From Anaeramoeba ignava BMAN (Eukaryota > Protista > Anaeramoebae): DNA of 64,000 nucleotides. The stretch's first letter is position 1; each line of letters starts with the position of its first letter. Under the pieces are notes generated by a model. That model saw only the letters and a program-made list of their open reading frames with translations, was not told the origin of the DNA and searched no databases. Shown one piece after another: positions 1 through 19,553 of this stretch. The translations under genes were made by a program, and so were the position numbers. Where the stretch lies: assembly GCA_028826165.1 (NCBI GenBank), contig JAPDFW010000044.1:310001-374000 (forward strand), in the 5' to 3' direction.

Positions 1-131
1 ATTATCAATTAAATGAAAGTTCAATAATTGATTTATTTTTGGATGATTTAAAATCAACAAAAAAAATATTTTGATTTTAATTTTTAATTTTAATTTTAAT
101 TTTAATTTTAATTTTAATTTTAATTTTAATT

Positions 132-1894
132 TTAATTTTGATTATTAAATTTTTTAATTAATAAATCAAATAAATTTGGATTTGTTTGATTTAATTGAAA
201 ATAATCAATTCCAATTTTGAATTTCATCAATTATTTCTTGTGTAATCTCAATTCCTTCCTTTAATTTGATTTGAATAAATCCAATATTCTAATATTTGGA
301 ATGATTTATTACTTAATTCACTATAATCTGTAACTTTATTTGATTTATCTTCTGTTACAGATAAAAACATTCCTCGATATAATTCACTTCTCATTATTAA
401 TATTAATTTAGGAAATTTATATTGTTTTTCTTTTCTTTCAATTATAAAATCTTTTTCATTTTCATTTTCATTTAAATAAATTCTTTTCATTGTTTCTTCA
501 ATTTTTTCATTTGAATTTATAATTTCTTTAATTTCAGAATATAATATTGGATTTATTTTGGAATTGTTTGAATAAATCATTTCAAATATTTGATTTGATT
601 CTTTAATTGATTTATTTGAAATAATTTCTTGAAGTTTTTCAATTTGATTTTCATTTTGATTTAATCTATATTTCAATATTAATTTATGAGCTTCAATTAT
701 TTCTCCATTTTTGGTTTTAAATGAAATATCACAAAATTCTTTTCTTCTAAATAGTTTTATCAAATCTTCTTCAAGATTGGAAAAAGAAGGAGAATAATAA
801 AGAAATGATTTGTGATATCCACAAGAAATATGATAATTAGAAATATTTTCATTAAATCTTAATTTAGGAAGTTCAATTTGAATTTGGATTGATTTATTTT
901 TTGTATCTCCAGTTCCTAATTGACCATAAAAATTATATCCAAATCCTATCAATTTTGAATTAGAAGTTAAAATCAAAGTATGAGAATATCCACAAGAAAT
1001 CTCAAGAATATAATCATCTTCAAATAAAGATGATTTGATTTCAGTAAATTCATAAGTATCTTCATCTTCTTTACCAAGTCCATTACATTCATAATCTCCA
1101 CATGAATAAAGTTTTCTTTTTTGATTTTCATTTTCAATCAACATTATTGAATAAGAATATCCACATTGAATATCGATTATTTTGCCTTTTGGAATATTTT
1201 GGATTTTAGTTAATTTTTGGATTTTTGTTTCTTCTTTTCTTGATTCTCCTAATCCAACTTGAGCATATACATTATCACCACATCCAAATAATTCTTGATT
1301 TGAATTTAAAAGAAAAAAATGATTTGAAGAACTTCCTGAAAATATTTTAGAAACATTTTTCATCATTAAAATTGGTTTTTCTGTTTCATAAACTATTGTA
1401 GAATCAATACCAAGTTCACCATGCAGATTATCTCCAATTCCATAAACATTTTGATTTGAAGTTAATAAGTAAATTGTATTCTCTCCAGAAACAATATCTT
1501 GAATTATTCTATCATTTGTATCTTCAATTAATGATGAAATATTGATAAATTCTTTTGGATTTTCTGGATTAATATAGCTTCCTTTGGCAAATACATTTCC
1601 TTCTATTGTTAAAATAGCTTCATCCCAATTACTAACAGTTACTTTTTGAATATCTTCAATTTGGATTTTTTCAGGATTTTGATTTGAATCATCTTCTTCA
1701 TTTAAATATTCTATTGCTTTTCCATTTTCAAAAAGGAATATTGTTGAATGACTTCCTGTTGAAATTTTTTTAATTTGTTTTTCATTTTCATTTTCATTTT
1801 CAAATTTAAATTGAATTGGTTTTGTTATTGAATCTGGTTCATTTTTGAAAAGTTTTGGATATTTATTTCTTCCAAAAAATATAATTTCATTCAT
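132..1894 (-). CDS. RCC1-repeat + BTB/POZ-like domain protein (family member 1); apparent 1-nt frameshift near 255
   Basis: ORF 248..1894 has RCC1 motifs (ISCGYSHTLIL, GYNFYGQLGTG) and BTB motifs (FCDISF...IEAHKLIL; ILIMRSELYRGMF). The family C-terminus (ITQEIIDEIQNWN.../GIDYFQLNQTNPNLFDLLI...NNQN*) continues in another frame to a stop at about 132. Confidence 0.85.
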
Positions 1895-1980
1895 TTTGAA
1901 AAAGAAAAAAATGAAAAAATAAATTTTTGAATTTAAATTTAAATTTAATTTTAATTTTGAATTTGATTTTAATTTTAATT

Positions 1981-2285
1981 TTAATTTTGATTTTTAAATT
2001 TGTTAATTAATAAATCAAATAAATTTGGATTTGTTTGATTTAATTGAAAATAATCAATTCCTGTTTTTAATTCTTCAATTATTTCTTGTGTAATTTGAAT
2101 TTCATCTTTAATTTGATTTGAATAAATCCAATATTCAAATATTTGAAATGATTTATTACTTAATTCACTATAATCTTTAACTTTATTTGATTTATCTTCT
2201 GTTACAGATAAAAACATTCCTCGATATAATTCACTTCTCATTATTAATATTAATTTTGATTTAGGGAATTTATATTGTTTTTTTT
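1981..2285 (-). pseudogene. 5'-truncated RCC1-BTB fragment (C-terminal BTB part only)
   Basis: Near-identical to the family C-terminus (MRSELYRGMF...NKFKNQN*). Homology fades at about 2285 (KQYKFPK) with no upstream RCC1 part. Confidence 0.75.
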
Positions 2286-2363
2286 CCCTTTTTTATTTCT
2301 TTTTTTTCCTTTTTTTTTATTCCTTTTTTTTTCAATTCATTTTTTTCTTTTACTTTTAGTAAA

Positions 2364-9156
<6,793 letters not shown>

Positions 9157-9322
9157 TTCAATCAAATTCAATTCATTTCAACTTTTTTTTTTAATTCAAT
9201 TCAAAATTCAAAATTCAAAATTAAAATAAAAAATTAAAAATGAAAAAAATAATTTTGGATTTTTGGTTTTATTAACATTAATTCTAAAAACAATTTCTTT
9301 TCAATTATTTTGATTTTCCTGT

Positions 9323-12300
9323 TTAAATAATACTTTCTTCTCCATTTGCAATTCTTTTTAAATGAGCTTCAGTTTTTGGACCAGTTTTATGAACAAGTTT
9401 AGATAATAAACCATTTGGATTTTGAAGTAAAAGAGAGGGTTTATCAAATTCCTTAATTTTTCCATTTTCTAAACACATAATTCGATCTGAATCCATAATT
9501 GTATGTAAACGATGAGCAATTGTTAAAACTGTACAATCTTTAAATTGTTCTCTTATTGTTTTTTGAATTAATGAATCAGTTTCAGTATCAATAGAAGATG
9601 TTGCTTCATCCAAAACAAGAATTTTTGGATGTTTTAATAAAGCTCTCGCTAAACAAATCAATTGTTTTTCTCCTGCTGAGAAATTATCTCCTCCTTCTGT
9701 TACTTTTGTTTCTAATTTCTCTTCCAAACCTTGAAATTTTTCATATAAATGAACTTGCTCCAAAATTTCCCAAATTCTTTCATCACTATATTCATTAGTT
9801 GGATCTAAATTCTCTCTGACTGTTCCTGTAAACATTACAACATCTTGTGGGATAATTGCAAGTTTATCTCGAAGATCCTTAAGTCCAATTTGGGAAATAT
9901 CAATTCCATCAATTTCAATTTTTCCTTTATAAATTTCCACAATTCTAAATAAAGAAAGCATTAAACTTGATTTTCCTAATTTTAATAAAATTAATTTTAA
10001 AATTATTATTGATTTTGTATTTTAATTTTAATTTTGATTTGAAACTTACCACTTCCAGTTCTTCCAACAATTCCTACTTTTTCTTGAGGTTGAATAGTTG
10101 CTGATACTTTTTTTAAAACTGATGGAAGTCCTTCTCTATATCTCATACAAATTTTATCAAATTGAATTTTCCCTAAATTTGGCCAATTTTTTGGAGGTTG
10201 ATGTTGAGGAATAATTTCAGGTTTTTCTGATTCAATTGAAGAAAATTCAACACATCTTTCAACAGAATTCATATGTTGCTCAAGCATTGCGCCATATCTA
10301 ACAAGCCATGTTAATAGAACTGTAACTTCTAAACTGTATGTTAGACCAAGAGCAGCAAAGGATGCATTTATCTTTCCTTTTTGTATGATAATCATAAGAG
10401 AAGTAAAAAGGACAACAATAGAAGAAATTGCCTCTACCCGAATCCCAAACCATCTATTTGAAGCAAAATTACAATAAATTGCATTTGTATTTGCGTCCAC
10501 TCTTGTGTCATTGATTTCAATAAATTCCTTTTGTTTTTGAAAGGCTCGAATTGTGGATACACCTGTTAAGGTTTCTGAGAAGTTATTATAAATGGGAGAT
10601 CTTGATATTGATTCCAATCTTTGAAGTTCTCTTGATGTTGAACGATAATACTGCATGAATTTGTAATAAATGTAGAGAATAATAACTAAAGGAATTAAAG
10701 AATAAGGAGCAACACTTGCAATCACAAGTAAAACAGCCAGCAAATATATCCCTGTTGAAATAAAATTTTCAAAGTGACTCATAATAAAAAGATCAATATC
10801 TAGAATATCTTTCGAAAATCTGTTCAATATCCTCCCAATAGGTGTTGTATCAAAAAATCTTGTTGGAGCTCTTGTTATTGCAAAGAGTAAATCATTATGG
10901 ATTCTTTTCGAAGCTTTGAGAGATCCAAATACCCAAACCCCAGAGAAAATAAATGCAAATAAAAACATACCAAAAGAAATTGCAACATAAACCCCAATAT
11001 AAAATCGGTCTGTTTTTTCATGGAAAAATGTTCCATCAGTCCAAATAGCGAGCCAATAATCTGATGCAACTCGAAAGGATTCTCTTAAAGAAGCAGCAGC
11101 GATTACAAGAAAAAGAATACAACAACCTCCTGCAACTTTGATGTAATGCTTATAATAAAAAGAAGCAACAGCTCCAAATTCTCTTTCTTCTTCTTTAACA
11201 AGTTCTCCTTTTTTGATTTCCATTTTTTTCTTTGAAATCTCTTTTTCTTTTTTTCCATTTTCTTCCAATTCAATATCAATTTCCATTTCAGAATTATCTC
11301 CAAAAGAATCTGATTCTGTTTCTGGTTGGATATCAATCCATTTTATTTTTTCCTTTTTGTTGTTTGTGTTTAAATTTTCGTTTAAAAAATCATCATCTGA
11401 TGTTTCTGATTCATCAACTCTTTTTTCTTGATCTCCTAATAAATTGGAGAAATCAACTCCTTTATGAATCAATTCTTCAAATGTTCCTTTTGCAAATACT
11501 TCTCCGTCTTTAATAACAATAATAAAATCTGAACGAGAAAGATATTGGAGTTGATGAGTAACAAGAATTCTAGTTTTGGTTTGAAGAACTTTTCCAAGAA
11601 TAGCTTGATCAAAAATATGTCTTCCAACATGTGAATCAACAGCACTAAGTGGATCATCAAAAAGAAAAATATCTGCATTTGAATAAATTGCTCTTGCAAG
11701 AGATATTCTTTGTTTTTGGCCTCCTGAAATATTTACTCCTTTTTCTCCAATTTCTGTTGAATCTCCTGCTGGCAAAACTGCGAGATCAGGAATGAGAGCA
11801 CATGATTCAATCACTTGATTGTATCTCTTTTTATCAAACACATTCCCGAACAGGATATTTTCTTTAACAGTCCCGTTTTGAATCCAAGCTTCTTGTGAAA
11901 CATAAGCTATTGAACCTTTGATAGTTGTTTTCCCTTGAAGTTGAACCATTTCTCCTAAAATTGCAGCTAGTAAAGAAGATTTACCAGAACCAACAGGACC
12001 AATAATCATTGTTAATTTTCTTGGTTCAAAATCAAGAGAGATATTTTTGAGTAAAACTTGCTTTTGTGATTTTTGTTCTTCCAAAGGTATTTCTTTTTCA
12101 AAATCAATTTTATTATTATTTTGATTATTATTAGTATCATAAGTAAAAGATCCATTTTGAATTGTGATTTGAACTTCATTGGAATTTGGATCAACTCTTT
12201 GTCTGTGAATTTCTCTGTTTTCTTCTGGAATTTCTGGAGATAAAAGAAATGTTTCAATTCTCTTCAAAGAAACCTTGAAATTTGAAAGTGCAACAAATCC

Positions 12301-13494
12301 CAAAGGAAGAAAAAAAAGTTGGATTCTAATCAATTCAAAAAGAGCTATTGAAGTAAACACTTTTTCAGCTGTTAATTTTTTTCCTGTTGAGCCATAAACA
12401 GCAAAAGTAGCAATAGCGGTTAGAAGAGGAAGCATTGTGAAAATGATAACTAAAAGCATTCTAAGTATCAAAAGGAATTTCAACAGAGAAATTTCCTTAT
12501 TTCTAAGATCAACAATTTTTTTTCTGAAATTGGCTTCCCAAGCATAAAACTTGATTACTCTTATTCCTTGAAGTAATTCATTAATAATCTTGATTCTTGA
12601 ATCTGATTGATCCATGAAAAGAACATTTTTCTTAGTAAATTTCTTAAAAATGATACCATTAAATGGAAAAGAAAGAACCAAAACACCAAATCCAACAAGA
12701 GCAGATGGCCCAAGTAAGTTGATTAATAAGGCTAAAGCCACTACCACTTGGAGAGAAGATGACCATAGAAAATGGAATGAAGAAGTAAAATCTTGAATTT
12801 TAGTTAAATCAGATGACATTAAATTGACTATTTGGCCTGTACTTGATAAATTTGATTTGTTTTGTTCTTTTTCTTTCAATTCTTCTGGTTGAATTGAAAT
12901 TTTTCTGTTGATTAATAAAGATTTTCTGTAAATCAATGAAGTCAATCCTGAACGTGCTCTGAATCCCACTTTTTGAACTTGATCCATTGATAGATTATCA
13001 GAAATTGTCCGAAAGATTCCAATAAAAAAAAGGAAAGAAGTAAGGAGAATTCCTGTTGATTGAGATGCTGAAGAATCATTCATAAACTTGATTAATTGTT
13101 GAAGAAGAATAGGAGTTAAAACACTACACACATCTGAAAAAAATTTTGGAATTGCTGCTAAATAAAAAGGTTTTTTGAATTGTTTCTTCAAAGAGTTTAA
13201 CAATTTGGGTCTAATAATGAAAATAATAATCAAAAGAGAAAAGTCAATGATTTTTTGATTTATTGATTTTCAATTTTACTTGGTTTTTTTCTTTTCTTCA
13301 TTCCAATTTCCTTCAAGTTCTTCTGTTATTTTCGAACAGAAATCTTGTGGTCGAAGTTCAAATAAATCATTTTGGATAAGTGGTCTTTTAGATCCAATTT
13401 TAGCAAGAGAAGTAAACCAAGAAAATGTTAATCTTGAAAAAATATTTGATTTAATTTCCTTGTTTGAAATGTAATTAATTTTTTCTTTTTTCAT
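9323..13494 (-). CDS. ABCC: ABCC/MRP-type ABC transporter (TMD1-NBD1-TMD2-NBD2), 2 introns (13211-13279, 9976-10049)
   Basis: Lasso motif [12 protein letters not shown]; Walker [10 protein letters not shown]; signature ISGGQKQR; DDPLSAVD; [17 protein letters not shown]. The second Walker A GRTGSG|KSS is joined across an intron; FSAGEKQL and LDEATSSID follow. Confidence 0.95.
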
Positions 13495-13642
13495 TATTCA
13501 AATTGATTCTAAAGAAAAAAGAACAGAAAAATTAAATGAGAAAATGAAAAAAATTATCAAAATTTTTTTGATTAAAATAAATTGGATGACATCATTCCAA
13601 AAAAAAAACAATTTTTATTTTTCATTTTTTTTCTTTTCAAAA

Positions 13643-15414
13643 ATGAATGAAATTTTATTTTTTGGTTCAAATCATTCACCAATTCTTTTAAAAAATAAAT
13701 CAGAAAAAATAACAAAACCAATTCAATTTAAATTTGAAAATGAAAATGAAAATGAAAATGAAAAACAAATTAAACAAATTTCATCAGGTTATTTTTCAAC
13801 AATTTTCCTTTTTGAAAATGGAAAAGCAATAGAATATTTAAATGAAAATGATTCAAAACAAAATCCTGAAAAAATTCAATTTGAAGAAAATATTCAAAAA
13901 GTAACTGTTGGTAATTGGGATGAAGTTATTTTAACAAAAGAAGGAAATGTATTTGCCAAAGGAGAAAATATTAATTCAGAAAATCCAAAAGAATTTATCA
14001 ATATTTCATCATTAATTGAAGATACAAATGATAGAATAATTCAAGATATTGTTTCTGGATTTGGTTCAGTTTACTTATTAACTTCAAATCAAAATGCTTA
14101 TGGAATTGGAGATAATCTGTATGGTCAACTTGGTTTTGATTCTGAAACAATTTATGGAACAGAAAAACCAATTTTAATGATGAAAAATGTTTCTAAAATA
14201 TTTTCAGGAAATTCTTCATTATCGTTTTTCTTTTAAATTCAAATCAAGAATTATTTGGATGCGGATATAATTATTGTGGTAAACTTGGATTAGGAGAATC
14301 AATAAAACTCTTGAAAATCCAAAAATTAACCAAAATCCAAAATATTCCAAAAGGCAAAATAATTGATATTCAATCCGGTAGCTACTATTCAATAATGTTG
14401 ATTGAAAAAGATGATGGAAAAAGAAAACTTTATTTAACTGGATTTAATCAATATCAAGGCCTAAGTAAAAATTCCAGAGAATTTACTGAAATCAAATCAT
14501 CTTTATTTGAAAATGAAAATAATGATATTATTGATTTTTCTGTTGGAGGAGAGCATATCTTGATTTTAACTTCTAATTCAAAATTGATAGTATTTGGAGA
14601 TAATGAACATGGTCAATTAGGAACTGGAAATACAGAAAATCAATTCATTCCAATTCAAATTGAACTTCCTAAATTAAGATTTAATGAAGATATTTCTAAT
14701 TATCATATTTCTTGTGGTAATACAAAATCATTCCTTTATTATTCTCCTTTTCTTTCTTCTTTTTCCAATCTTGAAGAAGATTTGATAAAATTATTTAGAA
14801 GAAAAGAATTTTGTAATATTTCATTTAAAACAGAAAATGGAGAAATAATTGAAGCTCATAAATTAATATTGAATTATAGATTAAATCAATATGAAAATGA
14901 AATTGAAAAACTTCAAGAAATTATTTCAAATAAATCAATTAAAGAATCAAATCAAATATTTGAAATGATTTATTCAAACAGAATAATAAATCCAAAATTA
15001 TATTCTGAAATTAAAGAAATTATAAATTCAAATGAAAAAATTGAAGAAACAATGAAAAGAATTTATTTAAATGAAAATGAAAATGAAAATGAAAAAGATT
15101 TTATAATTGAAAGAAAAGAAAAACAATATAAATTTCCAAAATTAATATTAATAATGAGAAGTGAATTATATCGAGGAATGTTTTTATCTGTAACAGAAGA
15201 TACTTCTAATAAAGTTACAGATTATAGTGAATTAAGTAATAAATCATTTCAAATATTTGAATATTGGATTTATTCAAATCAAATTAAAGATGATATTCAA
15301 ATTACACAAGAAATTATTGAAGAAATTCAAATTGGAATTGATTATTTTCAATTAAATCAAACAAATCCAAATTTATTTGATTTATTAATTAACAAATTTA
15401 ATAATCAAAATTAA
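13643..15414 (+). CDS. RCC1-repeat + BTB protein (family member); frameshift at about 14225
   Basis: ORFs 13544-14236 and 14311-15414 are contiguous parts of the same family protein, starting MNEILFFG and ending NKFNNQN*. Confidence 0.85.
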
Positions 15415-15803
15415 AATTAAAATTAAAATTAAAATCAAATTCAAAATTAAAATTAAAATTAAAATCAAAATTAAAATTAAAATTAAAATTAAAATCAAAT
15501 TCAAAATTAAAATTAAAATTAAATTTGTTTTTTGTTTTTAATGATCACAATATTTGAGTAAATCATTACTCATTCTTTTAAAAAAAAATTTTTTTTTTTC
15601 TATTCTTCTTTTTTTCATTTTTTTTCTTTTTAATTTCAAAAAAAAAAGTAAGAAAAAATAGATTGAGAACAAAAAATTAATTAAAAAATTAATTAAAAAA
15701 TTAATTAAAAAATTAATAAAAAAATTAATTAAAAAATTAATTAAAAAAATTAATTAAAAAATTAATAAAAAAATTAATAAAAAAATTCAAAAGCAAAACA
15801 AAA

Positions 15804-18491
15804 ATGAAAACAAATCTTTTCTTTTACTTCTTGATTATCAATATTTTCTTAATTCAATCAATTCAAAATCAACAAAAATCAATAAAATCATTAATAACTT
15901 CATTAGAAACAGAAACATCAAGATCTTATTCTTCTCTGAATGAAGCTTGGATTTGGAGTTTATTAGACGAATTTTCAGGTTTTTCACCACTTTTTGGATG
16001 GAGTGTTTCAATTTATGAAGATGTTATTGTTATTAGTGATTATTATGCAGCTCAAGTATTTGTTTACAGATATAATGGATCAAATTTGATTCAAGAACAA
16101 ATTTTGAGTGTATTGGTCCCATATTTTGGATGGAGTGTTTCAATTTATGAAGATGTTATTGTTATTGGTGATTATTATATAAATAAAACATTTGTTTACA
16201 GATATAATGGATCAAATTGGAATCAAGAACAAATTTTGAGTGAATCTGCCTCGAAATTTGGATATTCTGTTTCAATTTATGAAGATGTTATTGTTGTTGG
16301 AGCTTATAGTTCAGCTCAAGTATTTGTTTACAGATATAACGGATCGAATTGGAATAAAGAACAAATTTTGAGTGTATTGGTCCCATATTTTGGATGTTCT
16401 GTTTCAATTTATGAAGATGTTATTGTTGTTGGATCTTATGGTGAAAGTCAAGTATTTGTTTACAGATATAGTGGATCGAATTGGATTAAAGAACAAATTT
16501 TGAGTGAATCTTCTTCATATTTTGGATATTCTGTTTCAGTTTATGAAGATGTTATTGCTATTGGATCTTTTGGTGGAAATCAGACATTTGTTTACAGATA
16601 TAGTGGATCAAATTGGAATAAAGAACAAATTTTGAGTGAATCTTCTTCATATTTTGGATATTCTGTTTCAGTTTATAAATATGTTATTGTTATTGGAGCT
16701 TATGATTTAAAACAAGTATTTTTTTACAGATATAATGGATCAAATTGGAATAAAGAACAAATGTTGAGTGAATCTACTTCATATTTTGGATATTCTGTTT
16801 CAATTTATAAGAAATTTATTGTTATTGGAACTGTTGGTGGAAATAAAGCATTTGTTTATGAATTTAATTTCAATACACAAGCTAATATTCTTAATTGTTC
16901 ATCTTTGTTCTCATCATTTGATTGTTATTGGAATAAAATTGAATTTCCTTCACCTTTGGAATATCAAATTAATTATGGATATGATTGGATTGATATTGAT
17001 TCTCCAATTCTTAAAGATGAGAATGTTTATTATCAACAATTTAATTCTTCAATTTATGATAATATTACTGGAAATGAATATTATTCAATTCAAATCAAAG
17101 TTTGTGATTTATCATCAATGGTGTGTGGTGAATCTTCTTCTTTCATTAATTTAACAACAAAAATTGATTCAGTAAAAGATTTCCTATTATCAAATCCTTC
17201 AAATTATTCAATTAATATTAAATGGAACTATCCTAATGTTCGAATTGATGAAGGAATTGCACATGTTGATCATTATAATCTTTCTTATTTCAAACAATTT
17301 GAACCTGATTCAATATCTTCAGTTTCAGTTGATAATTCTTCACTTGATTATTTTTTGAATAATTTGGAATGTAAAACTGATTATAATATTTCAATTTGTG
17401 GATGTAGAACACAAGAATGTGAAGGAGATGATAAAGGAGAAATAATTGAATCATCAGTCTCAATAATATTTGCAGAAGTTACAAACTTAACATGTTCAAT
17501 TTCATATTCATTAGATATTAATTGTAGTTGGAATCAACCAATTAATTGTTCAATTCCATCTTATTATAATTTTAGTTATCAATCAATTTCTCAAAATGAT
17601 TCTGGAAATTATCAATCAACATTATTAAATCAACAATTCACAGCTCAAATTCCAAATCAAGAATATCAAATCAATATATCAGCATGTAATTCAAATGAGA
17701 AATGTGGAGATATTAGAACAACTTCAATTACAACTAATAATTTACCATTAGCTCCAACAATTTATCAAATAAATTCTAAAATTGAAGAAATTGAAATTAA
17801 TTTCACAAAATTAACCAATGCTAATAATTATTTACTTTCAATTGATAATGGAACAAATTGGCAAAAATTTACATCACTTGATTTAAGTGGAAATGAAGTA
17901 ATTGGAATCATAAATGGAATAGCAGGAAATATTGAATATAATATTTCAATTCGAGGATGTTCAGATTTAAATTGTGAAACACTATATTTAGGAGAACCAA
18001 GTTCAATAATTTCAACAAGAGCAAAATTAGGAAATATTACTTCATTAAATTGTTATTCATTAATTAATGGATTTGTTTGTACTTGGGATGGGTTAAATCT
18101 ATCAACAGGATTAAAAGGATATTCATTTAATTACAACTCAAAATCAATTTGTTTAACAAATTCATTATCACCTTATTATTCAATTTCAGGATTAAATGAA
18201 GAATATTATTATGAAATTTCAGTTTATTCATCAGCTGATCCAAATTGTTTATTTAATGAATATTCAGGAATTAAATCAACAATATCATTTGAATCTTCAT
18301 TTCAATGTGGTCCATATCAAGGAAATGATAATTCAACAAACACAACATCAATAGTTATTGGAATCCTTGTTCCAATTATTGCTATTTTAACAATTATTTT
18401 TGGAATTATTTTATTTAAGAAGAAAAGAAAAAAACAAATTATTAAAGAAATTATAAAAGAAAAAGAACTTCAAACTGATCTAAATTTTTAA
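15804..18491 (+). CDS. Type I membrane protein: signal peptide, 7 FG-GAP-like beta-propeller repeats, FN3-like domains, TM helix, short basic tail
   Basis: ~44-aa repeats FGxSVSIYEDVIVxG...FVYRYxGSNWxxEQILS; FN3-like W/Y/YxISI patterns; TM IVIGILVPIIAILTIIFGIILF followed by KKKRKK. Confidence 0.85.
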   Translation: MKTNLFFYFLIINIFLIQSIQNQQKSIKSLITSLETETSRSYSSLNEAWIWSLLDEFSGFSPLFGWSVSIYEDVIVISDYYAAQVFVYRYNGSNLIQEQILSVLVPYFGWSVSIYEDVIVIGDYYINKTFVYRYNGSNWNQEQILSESASKFGYSVSIYEDVIVVGAYSSAQVFVYRYNGSNWNKEQILSVLVPYFGCSVSIYEDVIVVGSYGESQVFVYRYSGSNWIKEQILSESSSYFGYSVSVYEDVIAIGSFGGNQTFVYRYSGSNWNKEQILSESSSYFGYSVSVYKYVIVIGAYDLKQVFFYRYNGSNWNKEQMLSESTSYFGYSVSIYKKFIVIGTVGGNKAFVYEFNFNTQANILNCSSLFSSFDCYWNKIEFPSPLEYQINYGYDWIDIDSPILKDENVYYQQFNSSIYDNITGNEYYSIQIKVCDLSSMVCGESSSFINLTTKIDSVKDFLLSNPSNYSINIKWNYPNVRIDEGIAHVDHYNLSYFKQFEPDSISSVSVDNSSLDYFLNNLECKTDYNISICGCRTQECEGDDKGEIIESSVSIIFAEVTNLTCSISYSLDINCSWNQPINCSIPSYYNFSYQSISQNDSGNYQSTLLNQQFTAQIPNQEYQINISACNSNEKCGDIRTTSITTNNLPLAPTIYQINSKIEEIEINFTKLTNANNYLLSIDNGTNWQKFTSLDLSGNEVIGIINGIAGNIEYNISIRGCSDLNCETLYLGEPSSIISTRAKLGNITSLNCYSLINGFVCTWDGLNLSTGLKGYSFNYNSKSICLTNSLSPYYSISGLNEEYYYEISVYSSADPNCLFNEYSGIKSTISFESSFQCGPYQGNDNSTNTTSIVIGILVPIIAILTIIFGIILFKKKRKKQIIKEIIKEKELQTDLNF

Positions 18492-18585
18492 TTCCAATTA
18501 AAACAAATTTCAATTTCTTTTTTTTTTCAAATTCAAATCAAAATTAAAAAATCAAAATTAAAATTCAAATTTTTCTTCATTTTTT

Positions 18586-19224
18586 GATTTGATAAAATTA
18601 TTTAGAAGAAAAGAATTTTGTAATATTTCATTTAAAACCGAAAATGGAGAAATAATTGAAGCTCATAAATTAATATTGAAATATAGATTAAAACAAAATG
18701 AAAATGAAATTGAAAAACTTAAAGAAATTATTTCAAATAAATCAATTAAAGAATCTAATCAAATATTTGAAATGATTTATTCAAATAATTCCAAAATAAA
18801 TCCAAAATTATATTCTGAAATTAAAGAAATTATAAATTCAAATGAAAAAATTGAAGAAACAATTAAAAGAATTTATTTAAATGAAAATGAAAATGAAAAT
18901 GAAAAAGATTTTATAATTGAAAGAAAAGAAAAACAATATAAATTTCCAAAATTAATATTAATAATGAGAAGTGAATTATATCGAGGAATGTTTTTATCTG
19001 TAACAGAAGATACTTCTAATAAAGTTACAGATTATAGTGAATTAAGTAATAAATCATTCCAAATATTTGAATATTGGATTTATTCAAATCAAATTAAAGA
19101 TGATATTCAAATTACACAAGAAATTATTAATGAAATTCAAATTGGAATTGATTATTTTCAATTAAATCAAACAAATCCAAATTTATTTGATTTATTAATT
19201 AATAAATTTAATAATCAAAATTAA
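18586..19224 (+). pseudogene. RCC1-BTB copy lacking the entire RCC1 region (BTB half only)
   Basis: Begins abruptly at DLIKLFRRKEFC directly after the upstream sequence that precedes the ATG in the 22343 copy. There is no ATG at the ORF start. Confidence 0.75.
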
Positions 19225-19553
19225 AATTAAAATTAAAATTAAAATTAAAATTAAAATCAAATTTAATAATCAAAATTAAAATTAAAATTAAAATTAAAAT
19301 CAAATTCAAAATTAAAATCAAATTCAAAATTAAAATTCAAATTAAATTTGTTTTTTGTTTTTAATGATCACAATATTTGAGTAAATCATTACTCATTCTT
19401 TTAAAAAAAAATTTTTTTTTTTCTATTCTTCTTTTTTTCATTTTTTTTCTTTTTAATTTCAAAAAAAAAAGTAAGAAAAAATAGATTGAGAACAAAAAAT
19501 TAATTAAAAAATTAATTAAAAAATTAATTAAAAAATTCAAAAGCAAAACAAAA

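Noticed and set aside
9598-13474. Small overlapping or antisense ORFs within the ABCC gene (likewise within PMCA, NBAS, the receptors and the vWA gene)
   Set aside because: Shadow frames of real genes with no recognisable motifs.
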